The translations under genes were made by a program, and so were the position numbers. From Eledone cirrhosa (taxonomy: Eukaryota), in NCBI GenBank assembly GCA_964016885.1, contig OZ024740.1, positions 30,504,001 through 30,568,000 on the forward strand: a stretch of DNA of 64,000 nucleotides, read 5' to 3'. Positions 39,301-53,846 of the stretch are shown here, piece by piece. The notes beneath the pieces were generated by a model. The model worked only from the letters and a program-made list of their open reading frames with translations. It was not told the DNA's origin and did not search any database. The number at the start of each line of letters is the position of its first letter. Positions within the stretch are counted from its first letter, which is position 1.

Positions 39301-42300
39301 TGAGACATTCTAACCACATGTTGATGGTATCGGAGCTGTGACCTCTCAATTCAGAGATTCTTTTCTGAGACCTTCTACCCCCATGTTGATAGTATCGGAG
39401 CTGTGATCTCTCAATTCAGAGATTCTTTTCTGAGACATTCTAACCACATGTTGATAGTATCGGAGCTGTGATCTCTCAATTCAGAGATTCTTTTCTGAGA
39501 CATTCTAACCACATGTTGATAGTATCGGAGCTGTGACCTCTCAATTCAGAGATTCTTTTCTGAGATATTCTAACCACATGTTGATAGTATCGAAGCTGTG
39601 ATCTCTCAATTCAGAGATTCTTTTCTGAGACATTCTAACCACATGTTGATAGTATCGGAGCTGTGACCACTCAATTCAGATATTCTTTTCTGAGATATTC
39701 TAACCACTTGTTGTTAGTATCGGAGCTGTGACCTCTCAATTCACAGATTCTTTTACGAGACCTTCTAACCACATGTTGATAGTATCGGAGCTGTGACCTC
39801 TCAATTGACAGATTCTTTTCTGAGACATTCTAACCACATGTTGATAGTATCGGAGCTGTGACCTCTCAATTTAGACATTCATTTCTGAGACATTCTAACC
39901 ACATGTTGATAGAATCGGAGCTGTGACCTCTCAATTCAGAGATTCTTTTCTGAGACATTCTAACCACATGTTGATAGTATCGGAGCTATGACCTCTCAAT
40001 TCAGAGATTCTTTTCTTAGACATTCTAACCACATGTTGATAGTATCGGAGCTGTGACCTCTCAATTTAGACATTCATTTCTGAGACATTCTAACCACATG
40101 TTGATAGTATCGAAGCTGTGACCTCTCAATTCAGAGATTCTTTTCTGAGACATTCTAACCACATGTTGATAGTATCGGAGCTGTGACCTCTCAATTCAGA
40201 GATTCTTTTCTGAGATATTCTAACCACATGTTGATAGTATCGAAGCTGTGACCTCTCAATTCAGAGATTCTTTTCAGAGACATTCTAACCACATGTTGAT
40301 AGTATCGGAGCTGTGACCACTCAATTCAGATATTCTTTTCTGAGATATTCTAACCACATGTTGATAGTATCGGAGCTGTGACCTCTCAATTCAGAGATTC
40401 TTTTCTGAGATATTCTAACCACATGTTGATAGTATCGGAGCTGTGACCTGTCAATTCAGAGATTCTTTTCTGAGACATTCTAACCACATGTTGATAGTAT
40501 CGGAGCTGTGACCTCTCAATTCAGAGATTCTTTTCTGAGACATTCTAACCACATGATGATAGTATCGGAGCTGTGACCTCTCAATTCATAGATTCTTTTC
40601 TGAGACATTCTAACCACATGTTGATAGTATCGGAGCTGTGACCTCTCAATTTAGACATTCATTTCTGAGACATTCTAACCACATGTTGATAGTATCGGAG
40701 CTGTGATCTCTCAATTCAGAGATTCTTTTCTTAGACATTCTAACCACATGTTGATGGTATCGGAGCTGTGACCTCTCAATTCAGAGATTCTTTTCTGAGA
40801 CATTCTAACCACATGTTGATAGTATCGAAGCTGTGACCTCTCAATTCAGAGATTCTTTTCTGAGATATTCTAACCACATGTTGATAGTATCGGAGCTGTG
40901 ACCTCTCAATTCAGATATTCTTTTCTGAGATATTCTAACCACATGTTGATAGTATCGGAGCTGTGACCTCTCACTTCACAGATTCTTTTCTGAGACATTC
41001 TAAACACATGTTGATAGTATCGGAGCTGTGACCTCTCAATTCACAGATTCTTTTCTGAGACATTCTAACCACATGTTGATAGTATCGGAGCTGTGACCTC
41101 TCAATTCATAGATTCTTTTCTGAGACATTCTAACCACATGTTGATAGTATCGGAGCCGTGACCTCTCAATTCATAGATTCTTTTCTGAGATATTCTAACC
41201 ACATGTTGATAGTATCGGAGTTGTGACCTCTCAATTCAGAGATTCTTTTCTGAGACATTCTAACCACATGTTGATAGTATCGGAGTTGTGACCTCTCAAT
41301 TCAAAGATTCTTTTCTGAGACATTCTAACCACATGTTGATAGTATCGGAGTTGTGACCTCTCAATTCATAGATTCTTTTCTGAGATATTCTAACCACATG
41401 TTGATAGTATCGGAGTTGTGACCTCTCAATTCAGAGATTCTTTTCTGAGACATTCTAACCACATGTTGATAGTATCGGAGTTGTGACCTCTCAATTCAAA
41501 GATTCTTTTCTGAGACATTCTAACCACATGTTGATAGTATCGGAGCCGTGACCTCTCAATTCATAGATTCTTTTCTGAGATATTCTAACCACATGTTGAT
41601 AGTATCGGAGCTGTGACCTCTCAATTCAGAGATTCTTTTCTGAGACCTTCTACCCCTATGTTGATAGTATCGGAGTTGTGACCTCTCAATTCATAGATTC
41701 TTTTCTGAGATATTCTAACCACATGTTGATAGTATCGGAGCTGTGATCTCTCAATTCAGAGATTCTTTTCTGAGACATTCTAACCACATGTTGATAGTAT
41801 CGGAGCTGTGATCTCTCAATTCAGAGATTCTTTTCTGAGACATTCTAACCGCATGTTGATAGTATCGGAGTTGTGACCTCTCAATTCAGAGATTCTTTTC
41901 TGAGACATTCTAACCACATGTTGATAGTGTGGGAGCTGTGACCTCTCAATTCAGAGATTCTTTTCTGAGACATTTTAACCACATGTTGATAGTATCGGAG
42001 CTGTGATCACTCAATTCAGAGATTCTTTTCTGAGACATTCTAACCAGATGTTGATAGTGTGGGAGCTGTGACCTCTCAATTCAGAGATTCTTTTCTGAGA
42101 CATTTTAACCACATGTTGATAGTATCGGAGCTGTGACCTCTCAATTCAGAGATTCTTTTCTGAGACATTCTAACCACATGTTGATAGTATCGGAGCTGTG
42201 ACCTCTCAATTCAGAGATTCTTTCCTGAGACATTCTAACCACATGTTGATAGTATCGGAGCTGAGACCTCTCAATTCAGAGATTCTTTTCTGAGACATTC

Positions 42301-45300
42301 TAACCACATGTTGATAGTATCGGAGCTGTGACCTCTCAATTCAGAGATTCTTTTCTGAGACATTCTAACAAAATGTTGATAGTATCGGAGCTGAGACCTC
42401 TCAATTCAGAGATTCTTTTCTGAGACATTCTAACCACATGTTGATAGCATCGGAGCTGAGAATCTTAATTTAGACATTCTTTTCTGAGACATTTTAACCA
42501 CATGTTGATAGTATCGGAGCTGTGACCTCTCAATTCAGACATAGTTTTCTGAGACATTCTAAACACATGTTGATAGTATCGAAGCTGTGACCTCTCAATT
42601 CAGAGATTCTTTTCTGAGACATTCTAACCACATGTTCATAGTATCGGAGCTGTGACCTCTCAATTCATAGATTCTTTTCTGAGACCTTCTACCCCCATGT
42701 TGATAGTATCGGAGCTGTGATCTCTCAATTCAGAGATTCTTTTCTGAGACATTCTAACCACATGTTGATAGTATCGGAGCTGTGACCTCTCAATTTAGAG
42801 ATTCTTTTCTGAGACATTCTAACCACATGTTGATGGTATCGGAGCTGTGACCTCTCAATTCAGAGATTCTTTTCTGAGACCTTCTACCCCCATGTTGATA
42901 GTATCGGAGCTGTGATCTCTCAATTCAGAGATTCTTTTCTGAGACATTCTAACCACATGTTGATAGTATCGGAGCTGTGATCTCTCAATTCAGAGATTCT
43001 TTTCTGAGACATTCTAACCACATGTTGATAGTATCGGAGCTGTGACCTCTCAATTCAGAGATTCTTTTCTGAGATATTCTAACCACATGTTGATAGTATC
43101 GAAGCTGTGATCTCTCAATTCAGAGATTCTTTTCTGAGACATTCTAACCACATGTTGATAGTATCGGAGCTGTGACCACTCAATTCAGATATTCTTTTCT
43201 GAGATATTCTAACCACTTGTTGTTAGTATCGGAGCTGTGACCTCTCAATTCACAGATTCTTTTACGAGACCTTCTAACCACATGTTGATAGTATCGGAGC
43301 TGTGACCTCTCAATTGACAGATTCTTTTCTGAGACATTCTAACCACATGTTGATAGTATCGGAGCTGTGACCTCTCAATTTAGACATTCATTTCTGAGAC
43401 ATTCTAACCACATGTTGATAGAATCGGAGCTGTGACCTCTCAATTCAGAGATTCTTTTCTGAGACATTCTAACCACATGTTGATAGTATCGGAGCTATGA
43501 CCTCTCAATTCAGAGATTCTTTTCTTAGACATTCTAACCACATGTTGATAGTATCGGAGCTGTGACCTCTCAATTTAGACATTCATTTCTGAGACATTCT
43601 AACCACATGTTGATAGTATCGAAGCTGTGACCTCTCAATTCAGAGATTCTTTTCTGAGACATTCTAACCACATGTTGATAGTATCGGAGCTGTGAACTCT
43701 CAATTCAGAGATTCTTTTCTGAGATATTCTAACCACATGTTGATAGTATCGAAGCTGTGACCTCTCAATTCAGAGATTCTTTTCAGAGACATTCTAACCA
43801 CATGTTGATAGTATCGGAGCTGTGACCACTCAATTCAGATATTCTTTTCTGAGATATTCTAACCACATGTTGATAGTATCGGAGCTGTGACCTCTCAATT
43901 CAGAGATTCTTTTCTGAGATATTCTAACCACATGTTGATAGTATCGGAGCTGTGACCTCTCAATTCAGAGATTCTTTTCTGAGATATTCTAACCACATGT
44001 TGATAGTATCGAAGCTGTGACCTCTCAATTCAGAGATTCTTTTCTGAGATATTCTAACCACATGTTGATAGTATCGGAGCTGTGACCTCTCAATTCAGAG
44101 ATTCTTTTCTGAGACATTCTAACCTCATGTTGATAGTATTGAAGCTGTGACCTCTCAATTCAGAGATTCTTTTCTGAGACATTCTAACCACATGATGATA
44201 GTATCGGAGCTGTGACCTCTCAATTCATAGATTCTTTTCTGAGACATTCTAACCACATGTTGATAGTATCGGAGCTGTGACCTCTCACTTCACAGATTCT
44301 TTTCTGAGACATTCTAACCACATGTTGATAGTATCGGAGCCGTGACCTCTCAATTCATAGATTCTTTTCTGAGATATTCTAACCACATGTTGATAGTATC
44401 GGAGTTGTGACCTCTCAATTCAGAGATTCTTTTCTGAGACATTCTAACCACATGTTGATAGTATCGGAGTTGTGACCTCTCAATTCAAAGATTCTTTTCT
44501 GAGACATTCTAACCACATGTTGATAGTATCGGAGTTGTGACCTCTCAATTCATAGATTCTTTTCTGAGATATTCTAACCACATGTTGATAGTATCGGAGT
44601 TGTGACCTCTCAATTCAGAGATTCTTTTCTGAGACATTCTAACCACATGTTGATAGTATCGGAGTTGTGACCTCTCAATTCAAAGATTCTTTTCTGAGAC
44701 ATTCTAACCACATGTTGATAGTATCGGAGCCGTGACCTCTCAATTCATAGATTCTTTTCTGAGATATTCTAACCACATGTTGATAGTATCGGAGCTGTGA
44801 CCTCTCAATTCAGAGATTCTTTTCTGAGACCTTCTACCCCTATGTTGATAGTATCGGAGTTGTGACCTCTCAATTCATAGATTCTTTTCTGAGATATTCT
44901 AACCACATGTTGATAGTATCGGAGCTGTGATCTCTCAATTCAGAGATTCTTTTCTGAGACATTCTAACCACATGTTGATAGTATCGGAGCTGTGATCTCT
45001 CAATTCAGAGATTCTTTTCTGAGACATTCTAACCGCATGTTGATAGTATCGGAGTTGTGACCTCTCAATTCAGAGATTCTTTTCTGAGACATTCTAACCA
45101 CATGTTGATAGTGTGGGAGCTGTGACCTCTCAATTCAGAGATTCTTTTCTGAGACATTTTAACCACATGTTGATAGTATCGGAGCTGTGATCACTCAATT
45201 CAGAGATTCTTTTCTGAGACATTCTAACCAGATGTTGATAGTGTGGGAGCTGTGACCTCTCAATTCAGAGATTCTTTTCTGAGACATTTTAACCACATGT

Positions 45301-48300
45301 TGATAGTATCGGAGCTGTGACCTCTCAATTCAGAGATTCTTTTCTGAGACATTCTAACCACATGTTGATAGTATCGGAGCTGTGACCTCTCAATTCAGAG
45401 ATTCTTTCCTGAGACATTCTAACCACATGTTGATAGTATCGGAGCTGAGACGTCTCAATTCAGAGATTCTTTTCTGAGACATTCTAACCACATGTTGATA
45501 GTATCGGAGCTGTGACCTCTCAATTCAGAGATTCTTTTCTGAGACATTCTAACAAAATGTTGATAGTATCGGAGCTGAGACCTCTCAATTCAGAGATTCT
45601 TTTCTGAGACATTCTAACCACATGTTGATAGCATCGGAGCTGAGAATCTTAATTTAGACATTCTTTTCTGAGACATTTTAACCACATGTTGATAGTATCG
45701 GAGCTGTGACCTCTCAATTCAGACATAGTTTTCTGAGACATTCTAAACACATGTTGATAGTATCGAAGCTGTGACCTCTCAATTCAGAGATTCTTTTCTG
45801 AGACATTCTAACCACATGTTCATAGTATCGGAGCTGTGACCTCTCAATTCATAGATTCTTTTCTGAGACCTTCTACCCCCATGTTGATAGTATCGGAGCT
45901 GTGATCTCTCAATTCAGAGATTCTTTTCTGAGACATTCTAACCACATGTTGATAGTATCGGAGCTGTGACCTCTCAATTTAGAGATTCTTTTCTGAGACA
46001 TTCTAACCACATGTTGATGGTATCGGAGCTGTGACCTCTCAATTCAGAGATTCTTTTCTGAGACCTTCTACCCCCATGTTGATAGTATCGGAGCTGTGAT
46101 CTCTCAATTCAGAGATTCTTTTCTGAGACATTCTAACCACATGTTGATAGTATCGGAGCTGTGATCTCTCAATTCAGAGATTCTTTTCTGAGACATTCTA
46201 ACCACATGTTGATAGTATCGGAGCTGTGACCTCTCAATTCAGAGATTCTTTTCTGAGATATTCTAACCACATGTTGATAGTATCGAAGCTGTGATCTCTC
46301 AATTCAGAGATTCTTTTCTGAGACATTCTAACCACATGTTGATAGTATCGGAGCTGTGACCACTCAATTCAGATATTCTTTTCTGAGATATTCTAACCAC
46401 TTGTTGTTAGTATCGGAGCTGTGACCTCTCAATTCACAGATTCTTTTACGAGACCTTCTAACCACATGTTGATAGTATCGGAGCTGTGACCTCTCAATTG
46501 ACAGATTCTTTTCTGAGACATTCTAACCACATGTTGATAGTATCGGAGCTGTGACCTCTCAATTTAGACATTCATTTCTGAGACATTCTAACCACATGTT
46601 GATAGAATCGGAGCTGTGACCTCTCAATTCAGAGATTCTTTTCTGAGACATTCTAACCACATGTTGATAGTATCGGAGCTATGACCTCTCAATTCAGAGA
46701 TTCTTTTCTTAGACATTCTAACCACATGTTGATAGTATCGGAGCTGTGACCTCTCAATTTAGACATTCATTTCTGAGACATTCTAACCACATGTTGATAG
46801 TATCGAAGCTGTGACCTCTCAATTCAGAGATTCTTTTCTGAGACATTCTAACCACATGTTGATAGTATCGGAGCTGTGAACTCTCAATTCAGAGATTCTT
46901 TTCTGAGATATTCTAACCACATGTTGATAGTATCGAAGCTGTGACCTCTCAATTCAGAGATTCTTTTCAGAGACATTCTAACCACATGTTGATAGTATCG
47001 GAGCTGTGACCACTCAATTCAGATATTCTTTTCTGAGATATTCTAACCACATGTTGATAGTATCGGAGCTGTGACCTCTCAATTCAGAGATTCTTTTCTG
47101 AGATATTCTAACCACATGTTGATAGTATCGGAGCTGTGACCTCTCAATTCAGAGATTCTTTTCTGAGATATTCTAACCACATGTTGATAGTATCGAAGCT
47201 GTGACCTCTCAATTCAGAGATTCTTTTCTGAGATATTCTAACCACATGTTGATAGTATCGGAGCTGTGACCTCTCAATTCAGAGATTCTTTTCTGAGACA
47301 TTCTAACCTCATGTTGATAGTATTGAAGCTGTGACCTCTCAATTCAGAGATTCTTTTCTGAGACATTCTAACCACATGATGATAGTATCGGAGCTGTGAC
47401 CTCTCAATTCATAGATTCTTTTCTGAGACATTCTAACCACATGTTGATAGTATCGGAGCTGTGACCCCTCACTTCACAGATTCTTTTCTGAGACATTCTA
47501 ACCACATGTTGATAGTATCGGAGCTGTGACCTCTCAATTCACAGATTCTTTTCTGTGACATTCTAACCACATGATGATAGTATCGGAGCTGTGACCTCTC
47601 AATTCATAGATTCTTTTCTGAGACATTCTAACCACATGTTGATAGTATCGGAGTTGTGACCTCTCAATTCATAGATTCTTTTCTGAGATATTCTAACCAC
47701 ATGTTGATAGTATCGGAGTTGTGACCTCTCAATTCAGAGATTCTTTTCTGAGACATTCTAACCACATGTTGATAGTATCGGAGTTGTGACCTCTCAATTC
47801 ATAGATTCTTTTCTGAGATATTCTAACCACATGTTGATAGTATCGGAGTTGTGACCTCTCAATTCATAGATTCTTTTCTGAGACCTTCTACCCCCATGTT
47901 GATAGTATCGGAGCTGTGATCTCTCAATTCAGAGATTGTTTTCTGAGACATTCTAACCACATGTTGATAGTATCGGAGCTGTGACCTCTCAATTCAAAGA
48001 TTCTTTTCTGAGACATTCTAACCACATGTTGATAGTATAGGAGCTGTGACCTCTCAATTTAGAGATTCTTTTCTGAGACATTCTAACCACATGTTGATGG
48101 TATCGGAGCTGTGACCTCTCAATTTAGAGATTCTTTTCTGAGACATTCTAACCACATGTTGATGGTATCGGAGCTGTGACCTCTCAATTTAGAGATTCTT
48201 TTCTGAGACATTCTAACCACATGTTGATGGTATCGGAGCTGTGACCTCTCAATTTAGAGATTCTTTTCTGAGACATTCTAACCACATGTTGATGGTATCG

Positions 48301-51300
48301 GAGCTGTGACCTCTCAATTCAGAGATTCTTTTCTGAGACCTTCTACCCCCATGTTGATAGTGTGGGAGCTGTGACCTCTCAATTCAGAGATTCTTTTGTG
48401 AGACATTCTAACCACATGTTGATAGTGTGGGAGCTGTGACCTCTCAATTCAGAGATTCTTTTGTGAGACATTCTAACCACATGTTGATAGTATCGGAGCT
48501 GTGACCTCTCAATTCAGAGATTCTTTTCTGAGATATTCTAACCACATGTTGATAGTATCGAAGCTGTGACCTCTCAATTCAGAGATTCTTTTCTGAGACA
48601 TTCTAACCACATGTTGATAGTATCGGAGCTGTGACCTCTCAATTCACAGATTCTTTTACGAGACCTTCTAACCACATGTTGATAGTATCGGAGCTGTGAC
48701 CTCTCAATTCAGATATTCTTTCCTGAGAACTTCTAACCACATGTTGATAGTATCGGAGCTGCGACCTCTCAATTGACAGATTCTTTTCTGAGACATTCTA
48801 ACCACATGTTGATAGTATCGGAGCTGTGACCTCTCAATTCAGAGATTCTTTTCTTAGACATTCTAACCACATGTTGATAGTATCGGAGCTGTGACCTCTC
48901 AATTCAGAGATTCTTTTCTTAGACATTCTAACCACATGTTGATAGTATCGGAGCTGTGATCTCTCAATTCAGAGATTCTTTTCTGAGACATTCTAACCAC
49001 ATGATGATAGTATCGGAGCTGTGACCTCTCAATTCATAGATTCTTTTCTTAGACATTCTAACCACATGTTGATAGTATCGGAGCTGTGATCTCTCAATTC
49101 AGAGATTCTTTTCTTAGACATTCTAACCACATGTTGATAGTATCGGAGCTGTGACCTCTCAATTCAGAGATTCTTTTCTGAGATATTCTAACCACATGTT
49201 GATAGTATCGGAGCTGTGACCTCTCAATTCATAGATTCTTTTCTGAGATATTCTAACCACATGTTGATAGTATCGGAGCTGTGACCTCTCAATTCATAGA
49301 TTCTTTTCTGAGACATTCTAACCACATGTTGATAGTATCGGAGCTGTGACCTCTCAATTCAGAGATTCTTTTCTTAGACATTCTAACCACATGTTGATAG
49401 TATCGGAGCTGTGACCTCTCAATTCATAGATTCTTTTGTGAGACATTCTAACCACATGTTGATAGTATCGGAGCTGTGACCTCTCAATTCAGAGATTCTT
49501 TTCTTAGACATTCTAACCACATGTTGATAGTATCGGAGCTGTGACCTCTCAATTCATAGATTCTTTTCTGAGACATTCTAACCACATGTTGATAGTATCG
49601 GAGCTGTGACCTCTCAATTCACAGATTCTTTTCTGAGACATTCTAACCACATGTCGATAGTATCGGAGCTGTGACCTCTCAATTCAGAGATTCTTTCCTG
49701 AGACATTCTAACCACATGTTGATAGTATCGGAGTTGTGACCTCTCAATTCATAGATTCTTTTCTGAGATATTCTAACCACATGTTGATAGTATCGGAGCT
49801 GTGACCTCTCACTTCAGAGATTCTTTTCTGAGACATTCTAACCACATGTTGATAGTATCGGAGTTGTGACCTCTCAATTCATAGATTCTTTTCTGAGATA
49901 TTCTAACCACATGTTGATAGTATCGGAGCTGTGACCTCTCACTTCAGAGATTCTTTTCTGAGACATTCTAACCACATGATGATAGTATCGGAGTTGTGAC
50001 CTCTCAATTCAGAGATTCTTTTCTGAGACATTCTAACCACATGTTGATAGTATCGGAGTTGTGACCTCTCAATTCAAAGATTCTTTTCTGAGACATTCTA
50101 ACCACATGTTGATAGTATCGGAGCCGTGACCTCTCAATTCATAGATTCTTTTCTGAGATATTCTAACCACATGTTGATAGTATCGGAGCTGTGACCTCTC
50201 AATTCAGAGATTCTTTTCTGAGACCTTCTACCCCCATGTTGATAGTATCGGAGCTGTGATCTCTCAATTCAGAGATTCTTTTCTGAGACATTCTAACCAC
50301 ATGTTGATAGTATCGGAGCTGTGACCACTCAATTCAGATATTCTTTTCTGAGATATTCTAAATACATGTTGATAGTATCGGAGCTGTGACCTCTCAATTC
50401 AGAGATTCTTTTCTGAGACATTCTAACCACATGTTGATAGTATCGGAGCTGTGACCTCTCAATTCAGAGATTCTTTTCTGAGACATTCTAACCACATGTT
50501 GATAGTATCGGAGCTGTGATCTCTCAATTCAGAGATTCTTTCCTGAGACATTCTAACCACATGTTGATGGTATCGGAGCTGTGACCTCACAATTCAGAGA
50601 TTCTTTTCAGAGACATTCTAACCACATGTTGATAGTATCGGAGCTGTGACCTCTCAATTCAGAGATTCTTTTGTGAGATATTCTAACCACATGTTGATAG
50701 TATCGGAGCTGTGACCTCTCAATTCAGAGATTCATTTCTGAGACCTTCTACCCCCATGTTGATAGTATCGGAGCTGTGACCTCTCAATTCAGAGATTCAT
50801 TTCTGAGACATTCTAACCACATGTTGATAGTATCGGAGCTGTGACCTCTCAATTCAGAGATTCATTTCTGAGATATTCTAACCACATGTTGATAGTATCG
50901 GAGCTGTGACCTCTCAATTCAGAGATTCATTTCTGAGATATTCTAACCACATGTTGATAGTATCGGAGCTGTGACCTCTCAATTCAGAGATTCTTTTCTG
51001 AGACATTCTAACCACATGTTGATAGTATCGGAGCTGCGACCTCTCAATTCAGATATTCTTTTCTGAGACATTCTAACCACATGTTGATAGTATCGGAGCT
51101 GCGACCTCTCAATTCAGATATTCTTTTCTGAGACATTCTAACCACATGTTGATAGTATCGGAGCTGCGACCTCTCAATTCAGAGATTCTTTTCAGAGACA
51201 TTCTAACCACATGTTGATAGTATCGGAGCTGTGACCTCTCAATTCAGAGATTCTTTTGTGAGATATTCTAACCACATGTTGATAGTATCGGAGCTGTGAC

Positions 51301-53846
51301 CTCTCAATTCAGAGATTCATTTCTGAGACCTTCTACCCCCATGTTGATAGTATCGGAGCTGTGACCTCTCAATTCAGAGATTCATTTCTGAGACATTCTA
51401 ACCACATGTTGATAGTATCGGAGCTGTGACCTCTCAATTCAGAGATTCATTTCTGAGATATTCTAACCACATGTTGATAGTATCGGAGCTGTGACCTCTC
51501 AATTCAGAGATTCATTTCTGAGATATTCTAACCACATGTTGATAGTATCGGAGCTGTGACCTCTCAATTCAGAGATTCTTTTCTGAGACATTCTAACCAC
51601 ATGTTGATAGTATCGGAGCTGCGACCTCTCAATTCAGATATTCTTTTCTGAGACATTCTAACCACATGTTGATAGTATCGGAGCTGCGACCTCTCAATTC
51701 AGATATTCTTTTCTGAGACATTCTAACCACATGTTGATAGTATCGGAGCTGTGACCTCTCAATTCACAGATTCTTTTACGAGACCTTCTAACCACATGTT
51801 GATAGTATCGGAGCTGTGACCTCTCAATTCAGAGATTCTTTTCTTAGACATTCTAACCACATGTTGATAGTATCGGAGCTGTGACCTCTCAATTCAGAGA
51901 TTCTTTTCTTAGACATTCTAACCACATGTTGATAGTATCGGAGCTGTGGCCTCTCAATTCAGAGATTCTTTTCTTAGACATTCTAACCACATGTTGATAG
52001 TATCGGAGCTGTGACCTCTCAATTCAGAGATTCTTTTCTGAGATATTCTAACCACATGTTGATAGTATCGGAGCTGTGACCTCTCACTTCACAGATTCTT
52101 TTCTGAGACATTCTAACCACATGTTGATAGTATCGGAGCTGTGACCTCTCAATTCATAGATTCTTTTCTGAGATATTCTAACCACATGTTGATAGTATCG
52201 GAGCTGTGACCTCTCAATTCATAGATTCTTTTCTGAGATATTCTAACCACATGTTGATAGTATCGGAGCTGTGACCTCTCAATTCAGAGATTCTTTTCTG
52301 AGATATTCTAACCACATGTTGATAGTATCGGAGCTGTGACCTCTCACTTCACAGATTCTTTTCTGAGACATTCTAACCACATGTTGATAGTATCGGAGCT
52401 GTGACCTCTCAATTCACAGATTCTTTTCTGAGACATTCTAACCACATGTTGATAGTATCGGAGTTGTGACCTCTCAATTCATAGATTCTTTTCTGAGATA
52501 TTCTAACCACATATTGATAGTATCGGAGCTGTGACCTCACAATTCAGAGATTCTTTTCTGAGACATTCTAACCACATGATGATAGTATCGGAGCTGTGAC
52601 CTCTCAATTCATAGATTCTTTTCTGAGACATTCTAACCACATGTTGATAGTATCGGAGCTGTGACCTCTCAATTCATAGATTCTTTTCTGAGACATTCTA
52701 ACCACATGTTGATAGTATCGGAGCTGTGACCTCTCAATTCATAGATTCTTTTCTGAGACATTCTAACCACATGTTGATAGTATCGGAGCTGTGACCTCTC
52801 AATTCATAGATTCTTTTCTGAGACATTCTAACCACATGTTGATAGTATCGGAGTTGTGACCTCTCAATTCATAGATTCTTTTCTGAGATATTCTAACCAC
52901 ATGTTGATAGTATCGGAGTTGTGACCTCTCAATTCAGAGATTCTTTTCTGAGACATTCTAACCACATGTTGATAGTATCGGAGTTGTGACCTCTCAATTC
53001 AAAGATTCTTTTCTGAGACATTCTAACCACATGTTGATAGTATCGGAGCTGTGACCTCTCAATTCATAGATTCTTTTCTGAGATATTCTAACCACATGTT
53101 GATAGTATCGGAGCTGTGACCTCTCAATTCATAGATTCTTTTCTGAGATATTCTAACCACATGTTGATAGTATCGGAGCTGTGACCTCTCAATTCAGAGA
53201 TTCTTTTCTGAGATATTCTAACCACATGTTGATAGTATCGGAGCTGTGACCTCTCACTTCACAGATTCTTTTCTGAGACATTCTAACCACATGTTGATAG
53301 TATCGGAGCTGTGACCTCTCAATTCACAGATTCTTTTCTGAGACATTCTAACCACATGTTGATAGTATCGGAGTTGTGACCTCTCAATTCATAGATTCTT
53401 TTCTGAGATATTCTAACCACATATTGATAGTATCGGAGCTGTGACCTCACAATTCAGAGATTCTTTTCTGAGACATTCTAACCACATGATGATAGTATCG
53501 GAGCTGTGACCTCTCAATTCATAGATTCTTTTCTGAGACATTCTAACCACATGTTGATAGTATCGGAGCTGTGACCTCTCAATTCAGAGATTCTTTTCTG
53601 AGACCTTCTACCCCCATGTTGATAGTATCGGAGCTGTGATCTCTCAATTCAGAGATTCTTTTCTGAGACATTCTAACCACATGTTGATAGTATCGGAGCT
53701 GTGACCTCTCAATTCAGAGATTCTTTTCTGAGATATTCTAACCACATGTTGATAGTATCGGAGCTGAGACCACTCAATTCAGAGATTCTTTTCTGAGATA
53801 TTCTAACCACATGTTGAGAGTATCGGAGCTGTGACCTCTCAATTCA
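27279..53846. repeat. 65-bp satellite array, about 409 monomers, with higher-order repeats
   Basis: Consensus TTTTCTGAGACATTCTAACCACATGTTGATAGTATCGGAGCTGTGA(T/C)CTCTCAATTCAGAGATTC, period 65. Confidence 0.98.

Noticed and set aside
27279-53846. Satellite encoding a repetitive RTE-derived protein, or telomeric repeat
   Set aside because: 65 is not a multiple of 3, the RTE frame contains TGA in each monomer, and there are no TTAGGG-type repeats.
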